DNA from: Spirochaetia bacterium
Lineage (GTDB): Bacteria; Spirochaetota; Spirochaetia; Treponematales; Breznakiellaceae
Reading direction: 5' to 3'
Assembly (NCBI GenBank): GCA_026002045.1
Contig: BOAV01000003.1
Location: 5,064 to 69,063, forward strand
Length of the DNA: 64,000 bases
Notes under the pieces: generated by a model
Seen by the model: only the letters and a program-made list of their open reading frames with translations
What the model was told of the DNA's origin: nothing
Database searches by the model: none
Part shown: piece by piece, positions 20,008-30,142 of the stretch
Position numbering within the stretch: position 1 is the stretch's first letter
Layout of the letters: every line of letters starts with the position of its first letter
Position numbers and translations under genes: made by a program

Positions 20008-21930
20008 ATGAAAAAGGGTCTATCTTTATTATTCTCGTGTGTATTCATGGTTGTTTTGTTAATCTCCTGCGGACGTGCCGCCGATAAAACGGCATCTGCC
20101 GGAACCACAGGGGGTAAAGAATCTCCGCTTTTGGCTGCACTTGTTGCCAAGGGGGAACTTCCTCCGCTGGAGCAGCGCCTCCCTGAAGAACCCTTTGTAA
20201 GTTCGGCTCCGGAAGTCGGCAAGTACGGCGGAATATACCGGGGTGCGGGGTTCGGTCCCTCCAGCGGACAGGCCGATACCGAAGCATTGCGTTATGTCGG
20301 CCTTGTGCGGGTTGAACCGGATTTAAAAACCCTCACGCCTTTCCTGTTAAAAAGTTATGAGGCAAATAGTGATTATACGGTGTGGACCTTGAAGCTGCGG
20401 AAGGGCTTAAAATGGTCTGATGGCAAGCCCTTTACCACCGATGCCTTTAAATTTTGGTATGAAGATATCCTGCAAAATGCAGAGCTTACTCCCTCTGTAG
20501 ATGCCCGGCTTAAGACGGGCGGCAATCTGCTTAAACTGGAGGTAGTTGATGAGGTGACGATTAAAATTACCTTTACCGATCCCTATCCGGCCTTTGACGT
20601 GGTTATGATGCAGACCGCCAACGCCGATTTTTATATGTGGGCTCCCCGGCATTATCTTGAAAAATGGCATATTAAATATAACCCCGATGCGAATACGCTT
20701 GCAAAATCGGAGGGTCAGCAAAGCTGGGCTCAGGCTTTTAATATCCACAAAGATAAAAACACGCCCCAGACCGATGTTAATACCCCTGACATGACACCGT
20801 GGATACTTTCCCGGATCGATCCCCAGGGGAACAAATATTTTGATCGGAACCCCTACTACTTCGTGGTGGACAAGGCGGGCAGTCAGCTTCCCTATATAGA
20901 TCAGCAGATAAGTGTTTTAGTGGCGGATGCCCAGACCCGGACGCTTAAATTGGCCGGTGGTGAACTTCATGCCGCCGGTGAAAATCCGCTTCCCATAAGG
21001 GATTATACCCTTTACAAGCAGGGTGAACAGCAGGGCGATTATACAACGTATCTTTTTGATAATACCCGGGGGTCCGATACCGCATTTACCTTTAACATTA
21101 ATCACAAAGACCCGGTGCTCCGCAAAATTTTTAATGAGGTGAGTTTTAGGGAAGCTATGTCCCTTGCCATTAACCGCCAGCAGATTAATGATGTGCTTTA
21201 TTTTGGCAAGGCGATTCCCCGTCAGGCGATTCCGCCGGCAACTACCAGTTTTATTGAACCCTGGATGAATGATCACATGGCGGCCTATGACGCGGACGGC
21301 GCCAATAAGCGGCTTGACGATCTTGGCCTTAAGTGGAATCCTGCCCATACCCAGCGGCTGCGGCCCGATGGGAAGCCCTTTAGTATAGTGCTTGAAAGTA
21401 CCGAAGAATTTGCCCCCCAGGGAGAAATGGTCGCCGAAATGTGGAGCGCTGTTGGTATCAAAACTGACTTTAAGCAGCAGGAACGCACTTTTGCCGAAAC
21501 CCGGTTCTCTTCCAATGACCGGGATGCCCAGTGCTTTACCTTTGATGGTGTAGCAGAATTTGCATTACGGGCCAATCCCTCACCGATGCGTCCCGCATGG
21601 CGCAGGGATGCGGTAGGTTTTGCTGCTACCTACACTGCCTGGTTCGATACTAACGGCAGGGAAGGGGAAGAGCCTCCGCAGTTTATCAAGGACTATCGCA
21701 AGCTGATTGATGAATGGGTGCTGCTGGCCCCCAACAATCCTCGGTATGCGGAAATGGGCAGGGAATTCCTCAAGATACATACAGAAAATCTCTGGTACAT
21801 AGGTATTGCAGTGGCTCCGCGGGTAATAATGATTTCCAATAAACTTGGCAATACCCCCAAGGAAGGCACCTTCGCCTATGATTATCGTTTCTGGTATCCC
21901 TACCGGGGCGATTCATGGTATTTCAAGTAG
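20008..21930 (+). CDS. ABC transporter substrate-binding lipoprotein, family 5 (Opp/Dpp-type; peptide or oligosaccharide)
   Basis: Signal peptide plus lipobox (LLISCGR). Large family-5-sized SBP. Start chosen at MKKGLSLLF with an upstream AGGAGGAAGG. Confidence 0.85.
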   Translation: MKKGLSLLFSCVFMVVLLISCGRAADKTASAGTTGGKESPLLAALVAKGELPPLEQRLPEEPFVSSAPEVGKYGGIYRGAGFGPSSGQADTEALRYVGLVRVEPDLKTLTPFLLKSYEANSDYTVWTLKLRKGLKWSDGKPFTTDAFKFWYEDILQNAELTPSVDARLKTGGNLLKLEVVDEVTIKITFTDPYPAFDVVMMQTANADFYMWAPRHYLEKWHIKYNPDANTLAKSEGQQSWAQAFNIHKDKNTPQTDVNTPDMTPWILSRIDPQGNKYFDRNPYYFVVDKAGSQLPYIDQQISVLVADAQTRTLKLAGGELHAAGENPLPIRDYTLYKQGEQQGDYTTYLFDNTRGSDTAFTFNINHKDPVLRKIFNEVSFREAMSLAINRQQINDVLYFGKAIPRQAIPPATTSFIEPWMNDHMAAYDADGANKRLDDLGLKWNPAHTQRLRPDGKPFSIVLESTEEFAPQGEMVAEMWSAVGIKTDFKQQERTFAETRFSSNDRDAQCFTFDGVAEFALRANPSPMRPAWRRDAVGFAATYTAWFDTNGREGEEPPQFIKDYRKLIDEWVLLAPNNPRYAEMGREFLKIHTENLWYIGIAVAPRVIMISNKLGNTPKEGTFAYDYRFWYPYRGDSWYFK

Positions 21931-21957
21931 AATAATTACGGGAGGCGGGCTGGGCCG

Positions 21958-22944
21958 ATGAAAAAATACATTATCAGTCGTATTGTGTTGATGTTTGTAT
22001 TACTTTTTCTGGTGTCGATTTTTTCTTTTGTGGTAATACAGCTTCCTCCCGGTGACTTTGTTACAAAATACGCAGCCACTTTGGCGTTGGAACGGGGTAC
22101 CACCCTGGGGCCTGAATTTGAAGCAGCGCTCAGAAAACAGCTTGGTTTTGACAAGTCCCTGCCCGAACAGTATTTATACTGGATGCAGAATCTTCTTCAT
22201 GGCGACATGGGCCGTTCTCTGGAATGGAGGCAGTCGGTAAATGTCCTGGTGATGGATCGATTGCCCCTGACCATTGGGCTTTCAATAATTACTCTGTTTC
22301 TTACCTATGCCATTGCCATACCGATCGGTATTTTTTCAGCCCGGCACCAATACTCGGCGCTGGATTATATTTTCACCTGCTTGGGGTTTATCGGAATCGC
22401 TACCCCAAGTTTCTTTTTGGCATTGGTTTTAATGTATGTTTTGAATCACTTCTTTGGAGCAAGCGTTGGGGGTATTTATTCAGTGGAATTCATGAATGCC
22501 CCTCAGAGTTTTGCCCGGTTTATTGATCTATGCAAGCACATGCCCCTGCCAATTTTTATCATTATGATCCAGGGCATGGCCGGAATTATCCGGGTTATGC
22601 GGGGGCAGCTGCTGGACGAAATCAAACGGCCCTATGTGGTGGCCGCCCGCGCCCGGGGGCTTGAAGAAAACAACCTTATATACCGTTATCCGGTACGGGT
22701 AGCACTTAACCCTATCGTTTCCTCTGCGGGGAATATGCTTGCTTCGATAGTGTCTGGGATGACCATAACCGCCATAGTGCTGAATGTGCCTACCATCGGT
22801 TCCCTCCTGTACACAGCGCTGCTTTCGCAGGATATGTATCTGGCAGGGTCCTGTATTATGATTCTTTCGGCACTTACAGTGATTGGCATGTTTTTATCGG
22901 ATATTCTCCTGGTTGTAGTTGACCCCAGGATTCGGCTTAATTAG
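21958..22944 (+). CDS. ABC transporter permease (DppB/OppB-like)
   Basis: 328 aa, six-TM BPD_transp_1-type permease following the SBP gene. Confidence 0.85.
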   Translation: MKKYIISRIVLMFVLLFLVSIFSFVVIQLPPGDFVTKYAATLALERGTTLGPEFEAALRKQLGFDKSLPEQYLYWMQNLLHGDMGRSLEWRQSVNVLVMDRLPLTIGLSIITLFLTYAIAIPIGIFSARHQYSALDYIFTCLGFIGIATPSFFLALVLMYVLNHFFGASVGGIYSVEFMNAPQSFARFIDLCKHMPLPIFIIMIQGMAGIIRVMRGQLLDEIKRPYVVAARARGLEENNLIYRYPVRVALNPIVSSAGNMLASIVSGMTITAIVLNVPTIGSLLYTALLSQDMYLAGSCIMILSALTVIGMFLSDILLVVVDPRIRLN

Positions 22945-22959
22945 GAGAGGCGGCACAGA

Positions 22960-24060
22960 ATGACAGCTAAAAGCAGCGCGAGCGACAGTTATTATGTTGC
23001 AACCCAATGGCAGCTCATGTTTCGTAAATTCAAAAAACATCATGTAGCAATAGTGGGCCTGATTGTTTTGCTGTTACTTTATTTTGTCGCGCTCTTTGGT
23101 GAATTTTTTGCTGTCAGGGATATATCCCGGCGTGATACGGATTATATACTTGCCCCGCCCGGGAAAATTCATCTTTTTAACAAGGGAAAATTGATCGGGC
23201 CATTTGTATACAGTCTTGCCTTAACATCTGATCCGGTAACTTGGCAAAAAATATATGTGGAAAATAAAGATGAAGTACATTATCTAGGGTTATTCGTAAA
23301 GGGCGACCCCTACACCATGTGGGGGGTTATTAAGGGGGATCGTCATTTTTTAGGCGTGAAGGATGGGGCTCCGTTTTTTCTGTTCGGTACGGATATATCC
23401 GGCCGGGATTTGTTTTCGCGGGTTATTTTTGGCCTCAGGATATCCCTGACGGTAGGGTTGGTGGGGGTTTTCTTTACCTTTATTTTGGGCTGTATTTTTG
23501 GCGGTATAGCAGGATATTACGGCGGCATGGCGGACCAGATTATATCCCGGTTGGTTGAGTTTCTCCAATCCATGCCGTCCATCCCCCTCTGGATGGCCCT
23601 GGCGGCGGCGCTCCCCAAAGAATGGTCCACCATGCACATTTATTTCATGATAACGATTATTCTTTCCGTCATGGGCTGGACCGGTCTCGCCCGGATTGTG
23701 CGGGGTAAGTTGTTGCAAATGCGGGACGAAGATTATGTTATGGCAGCGCGGCTTTCCGGGGGTAAAGATTCCTATCTTATCAGCAAACATCTGCTTCCCG
23801 GTTTTATGAGTTACCTCATTGTAAACATTACTTTGGCGGTGCCGCAAATGATTCTGGGGGAAACCTCCCTTTCCTTTCTGGGCATTGGACTGCGCCCTCC
23901 GGTGGTCAGTCTTGGAGTGCTTTTAAAAGATGCCCAGAATATCAATTCCATTGCGTTAAGTCCCTGGCTTATGATACCGGGGGCGTTCATTATCGTCATT
24001 GTTCTTGCCTTTAATTTCCTGGGGGACGGCCTCAGGGATGCGGCTGATCCCTATAAATAA
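22960..24060 (+). CDS. ABC transporter permease (DppC/OppC-like)
   Basis: 366 aa permease with an N-terminal extension typical of OppC-like subunits. Confidence 0.85.
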   Translation: MTAKSSASDSYYVATQWQLMFRKFKKHHVAIVGLIVLLLLYFVALFGEFFAVRDISRRDTDYILAPPGKIHLFNKGKLIGPFVYSLALTSDPVTWQKIYVENKDEVHYLGLFVKGDPYTMWGVIKGDRHFLGVKDGAPFFLFGTDISGRDLFSRVIFGLRISLTVGLVGVFFTFILGCIFGGIAGYYGGMADQIISRLVEFLQSMPSIPLWMALAAALPKEWSTMHIYFMITIILSVMGWTGLARIVRGKLLQMRDEDYVMAARLSGGKDSYLISKHLLPGFMSYLIVNITLAVPQMILGETSLSFLGIGLRPPVVSLGVLLKDAQNINSIALSPWLMIPGAFIIVIVLAFNFLGDGLRDAADPYK

Positions 24061-24074
24061 TAAGGAGGTTTGTA

Positions 24075-25100
24075 ATGGATGCAGAAAATATTTTAGAAGT
24101 AAGAAACCTCCGGACCTATTTTAAACTGGACGAGGGTGTGTTAAAGGCCGTGGATGATGTGAATTTTTCCATTAAAACCGGTAAGACCCTGGGTATCATT
24201 GGTGAGTCGGGATGCGGTAAAAGTGTTACCGCCCATTCCATTCTCAATACCGTACAGGCCCCCGGTAAAATCCATGGCGGTACGATTTATTACCGCACCC
24301 AGGTCGGCACGGAATTGGAAATTACCGCTGAAAAGTCGAACGGCGAAGTGATGCGTTCCCTGCGGGGCAGGGAAATTTCCATGATATTTCAGGAACCAAT
24401 GACCAGTATGTCCCCCGTATACAGTATTGGGCATCAAATGACCGAAGCTATTCTGGTGCATGAAAAAAAACGGGACAAGACGACAGTAAAGACAGCGCAG
24501 GACAAGGCTGTTGAAATGCTTAATCTGGTTGGTATGCCCAATGCAATACAGCGTTTTAACGATTATCCCCATCAGCTTTCCGGGGGTATGTGCCAGCGAG
24601 CCATGATCGCCATGGCAATATCCCTTAATCCAAGTATCCTTATTGCCGATGAACCGACCACCGCTCTGGATGTAACGGTTCAGGCCCAGATTGTCGATTT
24701 GATGCTGAAGTTCCAGGCAGACTTGGGTATGTCCATACTCTACATTACCCACGATATGGGTGTGATTGCCGAGACCGCATCGGATATCTGTGTTATGTAT
24801 CTTGGCCGTGTGGTGGAGCAGGCTTCAACAGAGATATTGTTTCGTAATCCGGTGCATCCCTATACTATCAGGCTTTTACGTTCAATTCCAAAACTTGGCA
24901 AAAAGATACCCGGTGCACGGCTGGACGCCATTAAGGGCAATGTTCCGGTTCCCCTGAATCTTCCCGCCGAATGTGGTTTTGTATCCCGCTGTCTTGAAGT
25001 TAAGCAGGGTATCTGTGATGGGGGAATTCCTCCCATGGTTGAAGTGGAAAGCGGTCATTTCGTCCGTTGTTTCCTGCACAGCGCAAGGGAGGCGGATTGA
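24075..25100 (+). CDS. ABC transporter ATP-binding protein (DppD/OppD-like)
   Basis: Walker A GESGCGKS, signature LSGGMCQR, and a C-terminal oligopeptide-type extension with Cys residues. Confidence 0.88.
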   Translation: MDAENILEVRNLRTYFKLDEGVLKAVDDVNFSIKTGKTLGIIGESGCGKSVTAHSILNTVQAPGKIHGGTIYYRTQVGTELEITAEKSNGEVMRSLRGREISMIFQEPMTSMSPVYSIGHQMTEAILVHEKKRDKTTVKTAQDKAVEMLNLVGMPNAIQRFNDYPHQLSGGMCQRAMIAMAISLNPSILIADEPTTALDVTVQAQIVDLMLKFQADLGMSILYITHDMGVIAETASDICVMYLGRVVEQASTEILFRNPVHPYTIRLLRSIPKLGKKIPGARLDAIKGNVPVPLNLPAECGFVSRCLEVKQGICDGGIPPMVEVESGHFVRCFLHSAREAD

Positions 25101-25102
25101 AT

Positions 25103-26158
25103 ATGCCGGAAACCATAATCCCTGCGAATGGGCATTTTATAAATAAAGGGGAAATACTTTTAGAGGTAAAGAATCTGAAGAAATATTACCCCATCGAAAA
25201 AGGTTTTATGCATAAAAAGATAGGCGAGGTTAAGGCCGTAGATGATGTAAGCATTTATATTAACCGTAATGAAACCCTGGGCTTGGTGGGGGAATCGGGC
25301 TGCGGGAAGACAACTCTGGGTCGTTGTATTATGCGGGCCATAGAAGCAACATCGGGGGAGGTGCTGTTTCACATGGATGAAGAAAAGCCTCCGGTGGATA
25401 TCTTAAAACTTGACAAGAATGAATTACTTGAAATCCGCCGGAACATGGCGATTATTTTTCAGAATCCCTATTCCTCTCTGGACCCCCGGATGACGGTTCT
25501 GGATATTGTGAGCGAACCCCTGCGTTTGAATGGCTATCCCAGGGATCGGTTGGTGGATAAGGTAAAAGAACTGGTTGATATGGTCGGCCTTGAATCAAAA
25601 TTTCTCAACCGGTATCCCCATGCCTTTTCCGGCGGACAGCGGCAGCGTATTGGTATTGCACGGTCCCTTGCCCTGGAGCCGCGTTTTGTTGTGGCCGATG
25701 AGGCGGTTTCCGCTTTGGATGTTTCCATTCAGGCGCAGATACTCAATTTGCTCCAGGACTTGAAAGAAACCATGAAGCCCACGTTTTTATTTATCGCCCA
25801 TGATCTTTCGGTGATTGAACATGTATCGGATCGGGTCGGCGTCATGTATGTGGGCAGACTGGTGGAACTTGCCCCGACTGAAGAAATCTACCTCAAGCCA
25901 CGGCATCCCTATACAGAAGCGCTGTTGTCGGCGATTCCCCGTCCTGAACCGGGGGCAAAGAATAACCGTATTCTCCTCCCCGGTGAGGTTGCCAATGCGG
26001 CCGACCTCCCTTCAGGATGTTGTTTTCATCCGCGATGCCGGTATTGTCAGGATCAGTGTAAGGAAGATACGCCGCTGTGGCAGGAAATATCATTTGGGCA
26101 TTATGTTTCATGTCACCGGGCAAAAGAACTGGAACTTCAGGGAGTTATGGAAGCATAA
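25103..26158 (+). CDS. ABC transporter ATP-binding protein (DppF/OppF-like)
   Basis: Walker A GESGCGKTT and signature FSGGQRQR. Start chosen at MPETII with an upstream GGGAGG. Confidence 0.85.
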   Translation: MPETIIPANGHFINKGEILLEVKNLKKYYPIEKGFMHKKIGEVKAVDDVSIYINRNETLGLVGESGCGKTTLGRCIMRAIEATSGEVLFHMDEEKPPVDILKLDKNELLEIRRNMAIIFQNPYSSLDPRMTVLDIVSEPLRLNGYPRDRLVDKVKELVDMVGLESKFLNRYPHAFSGGQRQRIGIARSLALEPRFVVADEAVSALDVSIQAQILNLLQDLKETMKPTFLFIAHDLSVIEHVSDRVGVMYVGRLVELAPTEEIYLKPRHPYTEALLSAIPRPEPGAKNNRILLPGEVANAADLPSGCCFHPRCRYCQDQCKEDTPLWQEISFGHYVSCHRAKELELQGVMEA

Positions 26159-26205
26159 CATAAGTGCCTGTAGAAGTACTATATAAATTAAGGAGAACAA
26201 AGTTT

Positions 26206-27843
26206 ATGGACATGCCGGTCAGTGTGAACATTGATGCATCCAAATGGATAGGTGAACTTTCCCATACGTGGAATTATATCGGCTACGATGAATGTAATTA
26301 TACCCATTCACCGGGCGGTATAGAGCTTATCAAGAAATTCGGGAGCCTGGAAAAGCCATACTATGTACGTCCCCATCATTTATTGTGTACCGGAACCTGT
26401 CATGGGGTTTATAAATGGGGGTCCACCAATGTGTATACCGAGGATGAGCAGGGGAATCCTGTTTATAATTTTGAGGTTATCGACAAAATATGCGACATTT
26501 TGATAAACAACAACTGTAAGCCTTTTTTTGAAATCGGTTTTATGCCCCTTGACATGGTGGATTTAAGTGATATAAAGGTGTCTGAATGGCATCTGTATAA
26601 TGAATATAAACGGATAGGCTGGAACAGGCCACCCAAGGACTATAATAAATGGTATGGTCTTATCCGAGCCATTATTGAACACCTACTCGGCCGGTATGGG
26701 CAAGCGGAACTTGAATCATGGTATTTTGAAATGTGGAATGAGCCTGATGGCTTTTATTGGAGCGGCACCCATGATGAATTTTGCAAACTCTATGATTATA
26801 CTGAGGCTGCTATCCATGATGTACTCCCTTCTCTGCGATTAGGGGGTCCCGCCACATGCGGTCCCCTTGATGTTGATGGTACTGCCGCAGTATTCCTGCG
26901 GGATTTTTTTAAGCATACCAAATCGGGTAAAAACCATAAGACCGGCAAAACCGGAACCCGGATTGATTTTACTTCTTTTCACACCAAGGGTGGCGGGTAT
27001 TATTTTACCACCGGCAAAACGCTGGGAAAAACCCCCTCGGTAAAAAAATTGTTGGATCAGATACGAATTGGCGGAATCATCATTAAAGAATGCGGGTATG
27101 GTGATTTGGAATGTGTTCTCTCCGAAGCGGACCCCGATGGATGGGCGGCGGGCGGATGTTTTGATAATCCTGCCTTTAACTTCCGCAATACTGAATACTA
27201 CGCATCCTATGTGGCCTCTGCCTATAAAAATCTCTATGACCTTGCAGCTGAGTTGAAGATGGATATCCGTCCTTTGGCATGGGCGTTTATGTTTGAAGGG
27301 GAACGGTGTTTTGAAGGGACCCGTACTTTTTCTACTCAGGGAATAGATAAGGCGGTGCTGAATGTCTTTAAACTTTATGCAAAGCTTGGCGCCCAGCGTG
27401 TCAGTCTTGTTTCTTCCCGTGGACTTGATCCTAATTCCTACAAAGATTACTGGGGCGCCGGAGAAGGCGCGGAAATAAACGGGTGGGCAACACTGACGGG
27501 GACAAAATCCCTGGAAACTCTGGTGTATTGCCATGAAGATACCTGGGAAACTGAAACTTCCTATCCGATAGAATTTGCCGCTGAGAAAATCCCCTTTGCG
27601 GGACCCTATCGTATCACCCATTACCGGATAGACAAGGATCATTCAAACGCCTACACTGAATGGGTGCGCCAGGGGCGGCCCGATTTTCCGGTTGGCGGAC
27701 AGTACGATGCAATCAAGGCACGGGACGGTCTGGAATTGACAGAGCCGGTACAAACTGTGGCGCCTGTTGACGGAAAGGTTAAACTCAGGTTTCAGTTACC
27801 GGTAAAAAGTGTTTCGCTTATTGTAATTGAGTCGGCAGTATAA
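26206..27843 (+). CDS. glycoside hydrolase, clan GH-A, GH39-like (beta-xylosidase-like)
   Basis: NEP-type catalytic motif WYFEMWNEPD, plus LSHTWNY...GNPVYNF...GFMP segments recalled as GH39-like. Start at MDMPVS with AAGGAG upstream. Family assignment from memory. Confidence 0.55.
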   Translation: MDMPVSVNIDASKWIGELSHTWNYIGYDECNYTHSPGGIELIKKFGSLEKPYYVRPHHLLCTGTCHGVYKWGSTNVYTEDEQGNPVYNFEVIDKICDILINNNCKPFFEIGFMPLDMVDLSDIKVSEWHLYNEYKRIGWNRPPKDYNKWYGLIRAIIEHLLGRYGQAELESWYFEMWNEPDGFYWSGTHDEFCKLYDYTEAAIHDVLPSLRLGGPATCGPLDVDGTAAVFLRDFFKHTKSGKNHKTGKTGTRIDFTSFHTKGGGYYFTTGKTLGKTPSVKKLLDQIRIGGIIIKECGYGDLECVLSEADPDGWAAGGCFDNPAFNFRNTEYYASYVASAYKNLYDLAAELKMDIRPLAWAFMFEGERCFEGTRTFSTQGIDKAVLNVFKLYAKLGAQRVSLVSSRGLDPNSYKDYWGAGEGAEINGWATLTGTKSLETLVYCHEDTWETETSYPIEFAAEKIPFAGPYRITHYRIDKDHSNAYTEWVRQGRPDFPVGGQYDAIKARDGLELTEPVQTVAPVDGKVKLRFQLPVKSVSLIVIESAV

Positions 27844-27879
27844 CTGTCGTTAGTTTTATTATCTTTTGAAGGCAGTAAG

Positions 27880-28560
27880 ATGAGTAAGGATTTATCAGGA
27901 AAGACATTGGGAATTATACATGCTGCGGTATTTACCGCTACGTCATTGGAGCCCATAGCGCGGGAGGTAATGCCCGAAGTATCAATTATGCATGCCGGAG
28001 ATGATACGGTACAGCGGGATAATTTAAGCGCCCCCATAGGAACCATCCCAAAGGCGAATTTTTACAAATTTGCCACCTTTGCCCGTTTTTTTGAGGATGC
28101 CGGTATCGACCTTATCGTGCTGGCCTGTTCTACGTTTAATCAAGCAGTTGAATTTGCCCGGCCCATGATCCGGGTACCCATGCTGCAAATCGACCGGCCC
28201 ATGATGGAAAAGGCGGTTGCTACAGGGAAACGGATCGGGCTAATCGGAACCCTGCCATCCACCATGCCCTCTTCTGAACGATTGTTGCGTCAATGCGCTA
28301 CCGATGCGGGGAAGGAGATTGAGGTTGTATCGGTGCTGAATGACAAGGCCTTTAAGATTCTGCGTGCAGGCGATCCTGCAACCCACAATGCCATGGTTCT
28401 GGAAGATATCAAACGGATAAGTTCCCAGGTTGATTGTATTGTCTTGGCGCAGGGGTCCATGTCGGTACTTGAAAAAGATGTTACCAAGAATGTAGTTCCG
28501 GTATATACATCTCCTCGGCTTGCCTTTGAACGGGCACGGACCATGCTGGAACAAATGTAG
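27880..28560 (+). CDS. Asp/Glu/hydantoin racemase superfamily protein (arylmalonate decarboxylase/maleate isomerase-like)
   Basis: About 226 aa with two pseudo-symmetric halves (DLIVLACSTFNQAVEF; VDCIVLAQGSMSV). Confidence 0.65.
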   Translation: MSKDLSGKTLGIIHAAVFTATSLEPIAREVMPEVSIMHAGDDTVQRDNLSAPIGTIPKANFYKFATFARFFEDAGIDLIVLACSTFNQAVEFARPMIRVPMLQIDRPMMEKAVATGKRIGLIGTLPSTMPSSERLLRQCATDAGKEIEVVSVLNDKAFKILRAGDPATHNAMVLEDIKRISSQVDCIVLAQGSMSVLEKDVTKNVVPVYTSPRLAFERARTMLEQM

Positions 28561-28586
28561 GTCCCTTGCGGGACGGAGTTGGGTGT

Positions 28587-29384
28587 ATGAAAATTGGGTA
28601 CTGCTTGAACATGAACGCAGTGGATACGCATAAAATCGGTACGGAGGCCGTTCCTCTTATTGCGGAACTTGGGTATGACTATATTGAATTGCCCTTGGCT
28701 CAGGTGATGGATTTATCCGGTGATGAATTTGCTACATTGTTTAGGCATATACAGGATAATCATATCCCTGTGGAATCCTGCAATAATTTTTTTCCCCAGA
28801 GCATTCACCTAACCGGCTCTGATGCACAGCCCTCGCTTGGACTGGAATACGCAAAACGGGCAGCGGATCGGGCGGCGGCTCTGGGGGCTGAAATTATTGT
28901 ATTTGGGAGCGCCAAGTCAAAAAATATACCCCCTGATTTTTCCCGTGAAAGGGCTCGTGAACAATTATTGGAATTACTTCACAGCCTGCAAGATGTCGTA
29001 AAGCCCCTGGGTATTATCATTACTATGGAGCCCCTCAACCGGCAGGAAAGTAATTTTATTAATACTGCCACTGAAGCCCTGTCTGTAGTACGGGAAGCCG
29101 GATTGGATAATATCAAACTTTTGGTAGATTACTACCATATGCGCATGGAGGATGAGGATGTCTCTGTGATTGAGGAAGCTGGGAGAGATCTGTGGCATGT
29201 GCATCTTGCCGCCAAACAGGGGCGTTTGTTTCCCCGTGAGGATGACGGCGAGGACTATGAAGGTTTTTTTGCAGTCTTGAAGCGTGCTGGATACAGTAAG
29301 CGGGTCAGTGTAGAGGCCTACAGTGTAAATCTTGCCTCCGATGCGGCGGGCGCATTAACGCTTCTAAAACCCTTGCTGAACTGA
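28587..29384 (+). CDS. sugar phosphate isomerase/epimerase (xylose-isomerase-like TIM barrel)
   Basis: AP_endonuc_2-type TIM-barrel pattern (IGYCLN..., EPLN, HLA...). Start chosen at MKIGY. Confidence 0.65.
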   Translation: MKIGYCLNMNAVDTHKIGTEAVPLIAELGYDYIELPLAQVMDLSGDEFATLFRHIQDNHIPVESCNNFFPQSIHLTGSDAQPSLGLEYAKRAADRAAALGAEIIVFGSAKSKNIPPDFSRERAREQLLELLHSLQDVVKPLGIIITMEPLNRQESNFINTATEALSVVREAGLDNIKLLVDYYHMRMEDEDVSVIEEAGRDLWHVHLAAKQGRLFPREDDGEDYEGFFAVLKRAGYSKRVSVEAYSVNLASDAAGALTLLKPLLN

Positions 29385-29398
29385 ACTTAGTTGTTCGA

Positions 29399-30142
29399 TC
29401 AGCGCTCTGCGAAAAGGGCTGCTTCCCCCTGTTCCAGAATCCTGCCCTCCCGCATCACGGCGATGCGATCGCAGAGGTAGTACACCTGGTTGAGGTTATG
29501 CCCGATGAAGACCATTCCCAGCCCAAGCTGATCATGCAAATCCCGGAAGAGGTTTAAAATCTGCGCGCCAACGGAAACATCCAGGGCGCTTACCGCTTCA
29601 TCGGCGATGATGAGCTCCGGCTTGAGCATCAGGGCGCAGCCGATGCAGATCCGCTGTTTTTGCCCCACCGATAATTCGTTCACCCGCCGGTCCTTATAGG
29701 ATGCATCAAGCCCCACCAGGTCCAGTATTTCGTCCACCCGTTTGAGCCGCTCCTGTTTACTGCCCAGCCTATGTACCCGTAACGGTTCTTCCAAAAGCCA
29801 ACCGGCGCGCTTCACAGGATTAAGGGAAGCTGCGGGGTCCTGGAAAACCGCCTGCACCCGGCGGGCCATTTCCCGGCGGCGTTTGGCGCGGCCCCTGCTT
29901 TCCTGCTTTACCCCGTCGATGAATATCTCCCCTTCGTAGGCGATAAGTCCCAGAATGCAGCGTCCCAAAGTAGTTTTACCGCATCCCGATTCACCCACCA
30001 GTCCGAAGATTTCCCCCGGCGCGATTTCAATATTGATGTTATCCAGTACGGGCTTTGCAATCCGTTTGCCCACAATACCCCATGCGTGGCTCACGTAGGT
30101 GTTGGATACTCCCCGGATGGACAAGAGGCTTTCATGCGCCAT
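29399..30142 (-). CDS. ABC transporter ATP-binding protein (OppF-like) of a second Opp/Dpp-type importer
   Basis: Walker A GESGCGKTT and LSVGQKQR. Start chosen at MAHESLL, though the track ORF extends to 30190. Confidence 0.8.
   Translation of the reverse strand: MAHESLLSIRGVSNTYVSHAWGIVGKRIAKPVLDNINIEIAPGEIFGLVGESGCGKTTLGRCILGLIAYEGEIFIDGVKQESRGRAKRRREMARRVQAVFQDPAASLNPVKRAGWLLEEPLRVHRLGSKQERLKRVDEILDLVGLDASYKDRRVNELSVGQKQRICIGCALMLKPELIIADEAVSALDVSVGAQILNLFRDLHDQLGLGMVFIGHNLNQVYYLCDRIAVMREGRILEQGEAALFAER

Noticed and set aside
26839-27642. 267-aa minus-strand ORF inside the glycosidase gene
   Set aside because: Antisense shadow ORF.
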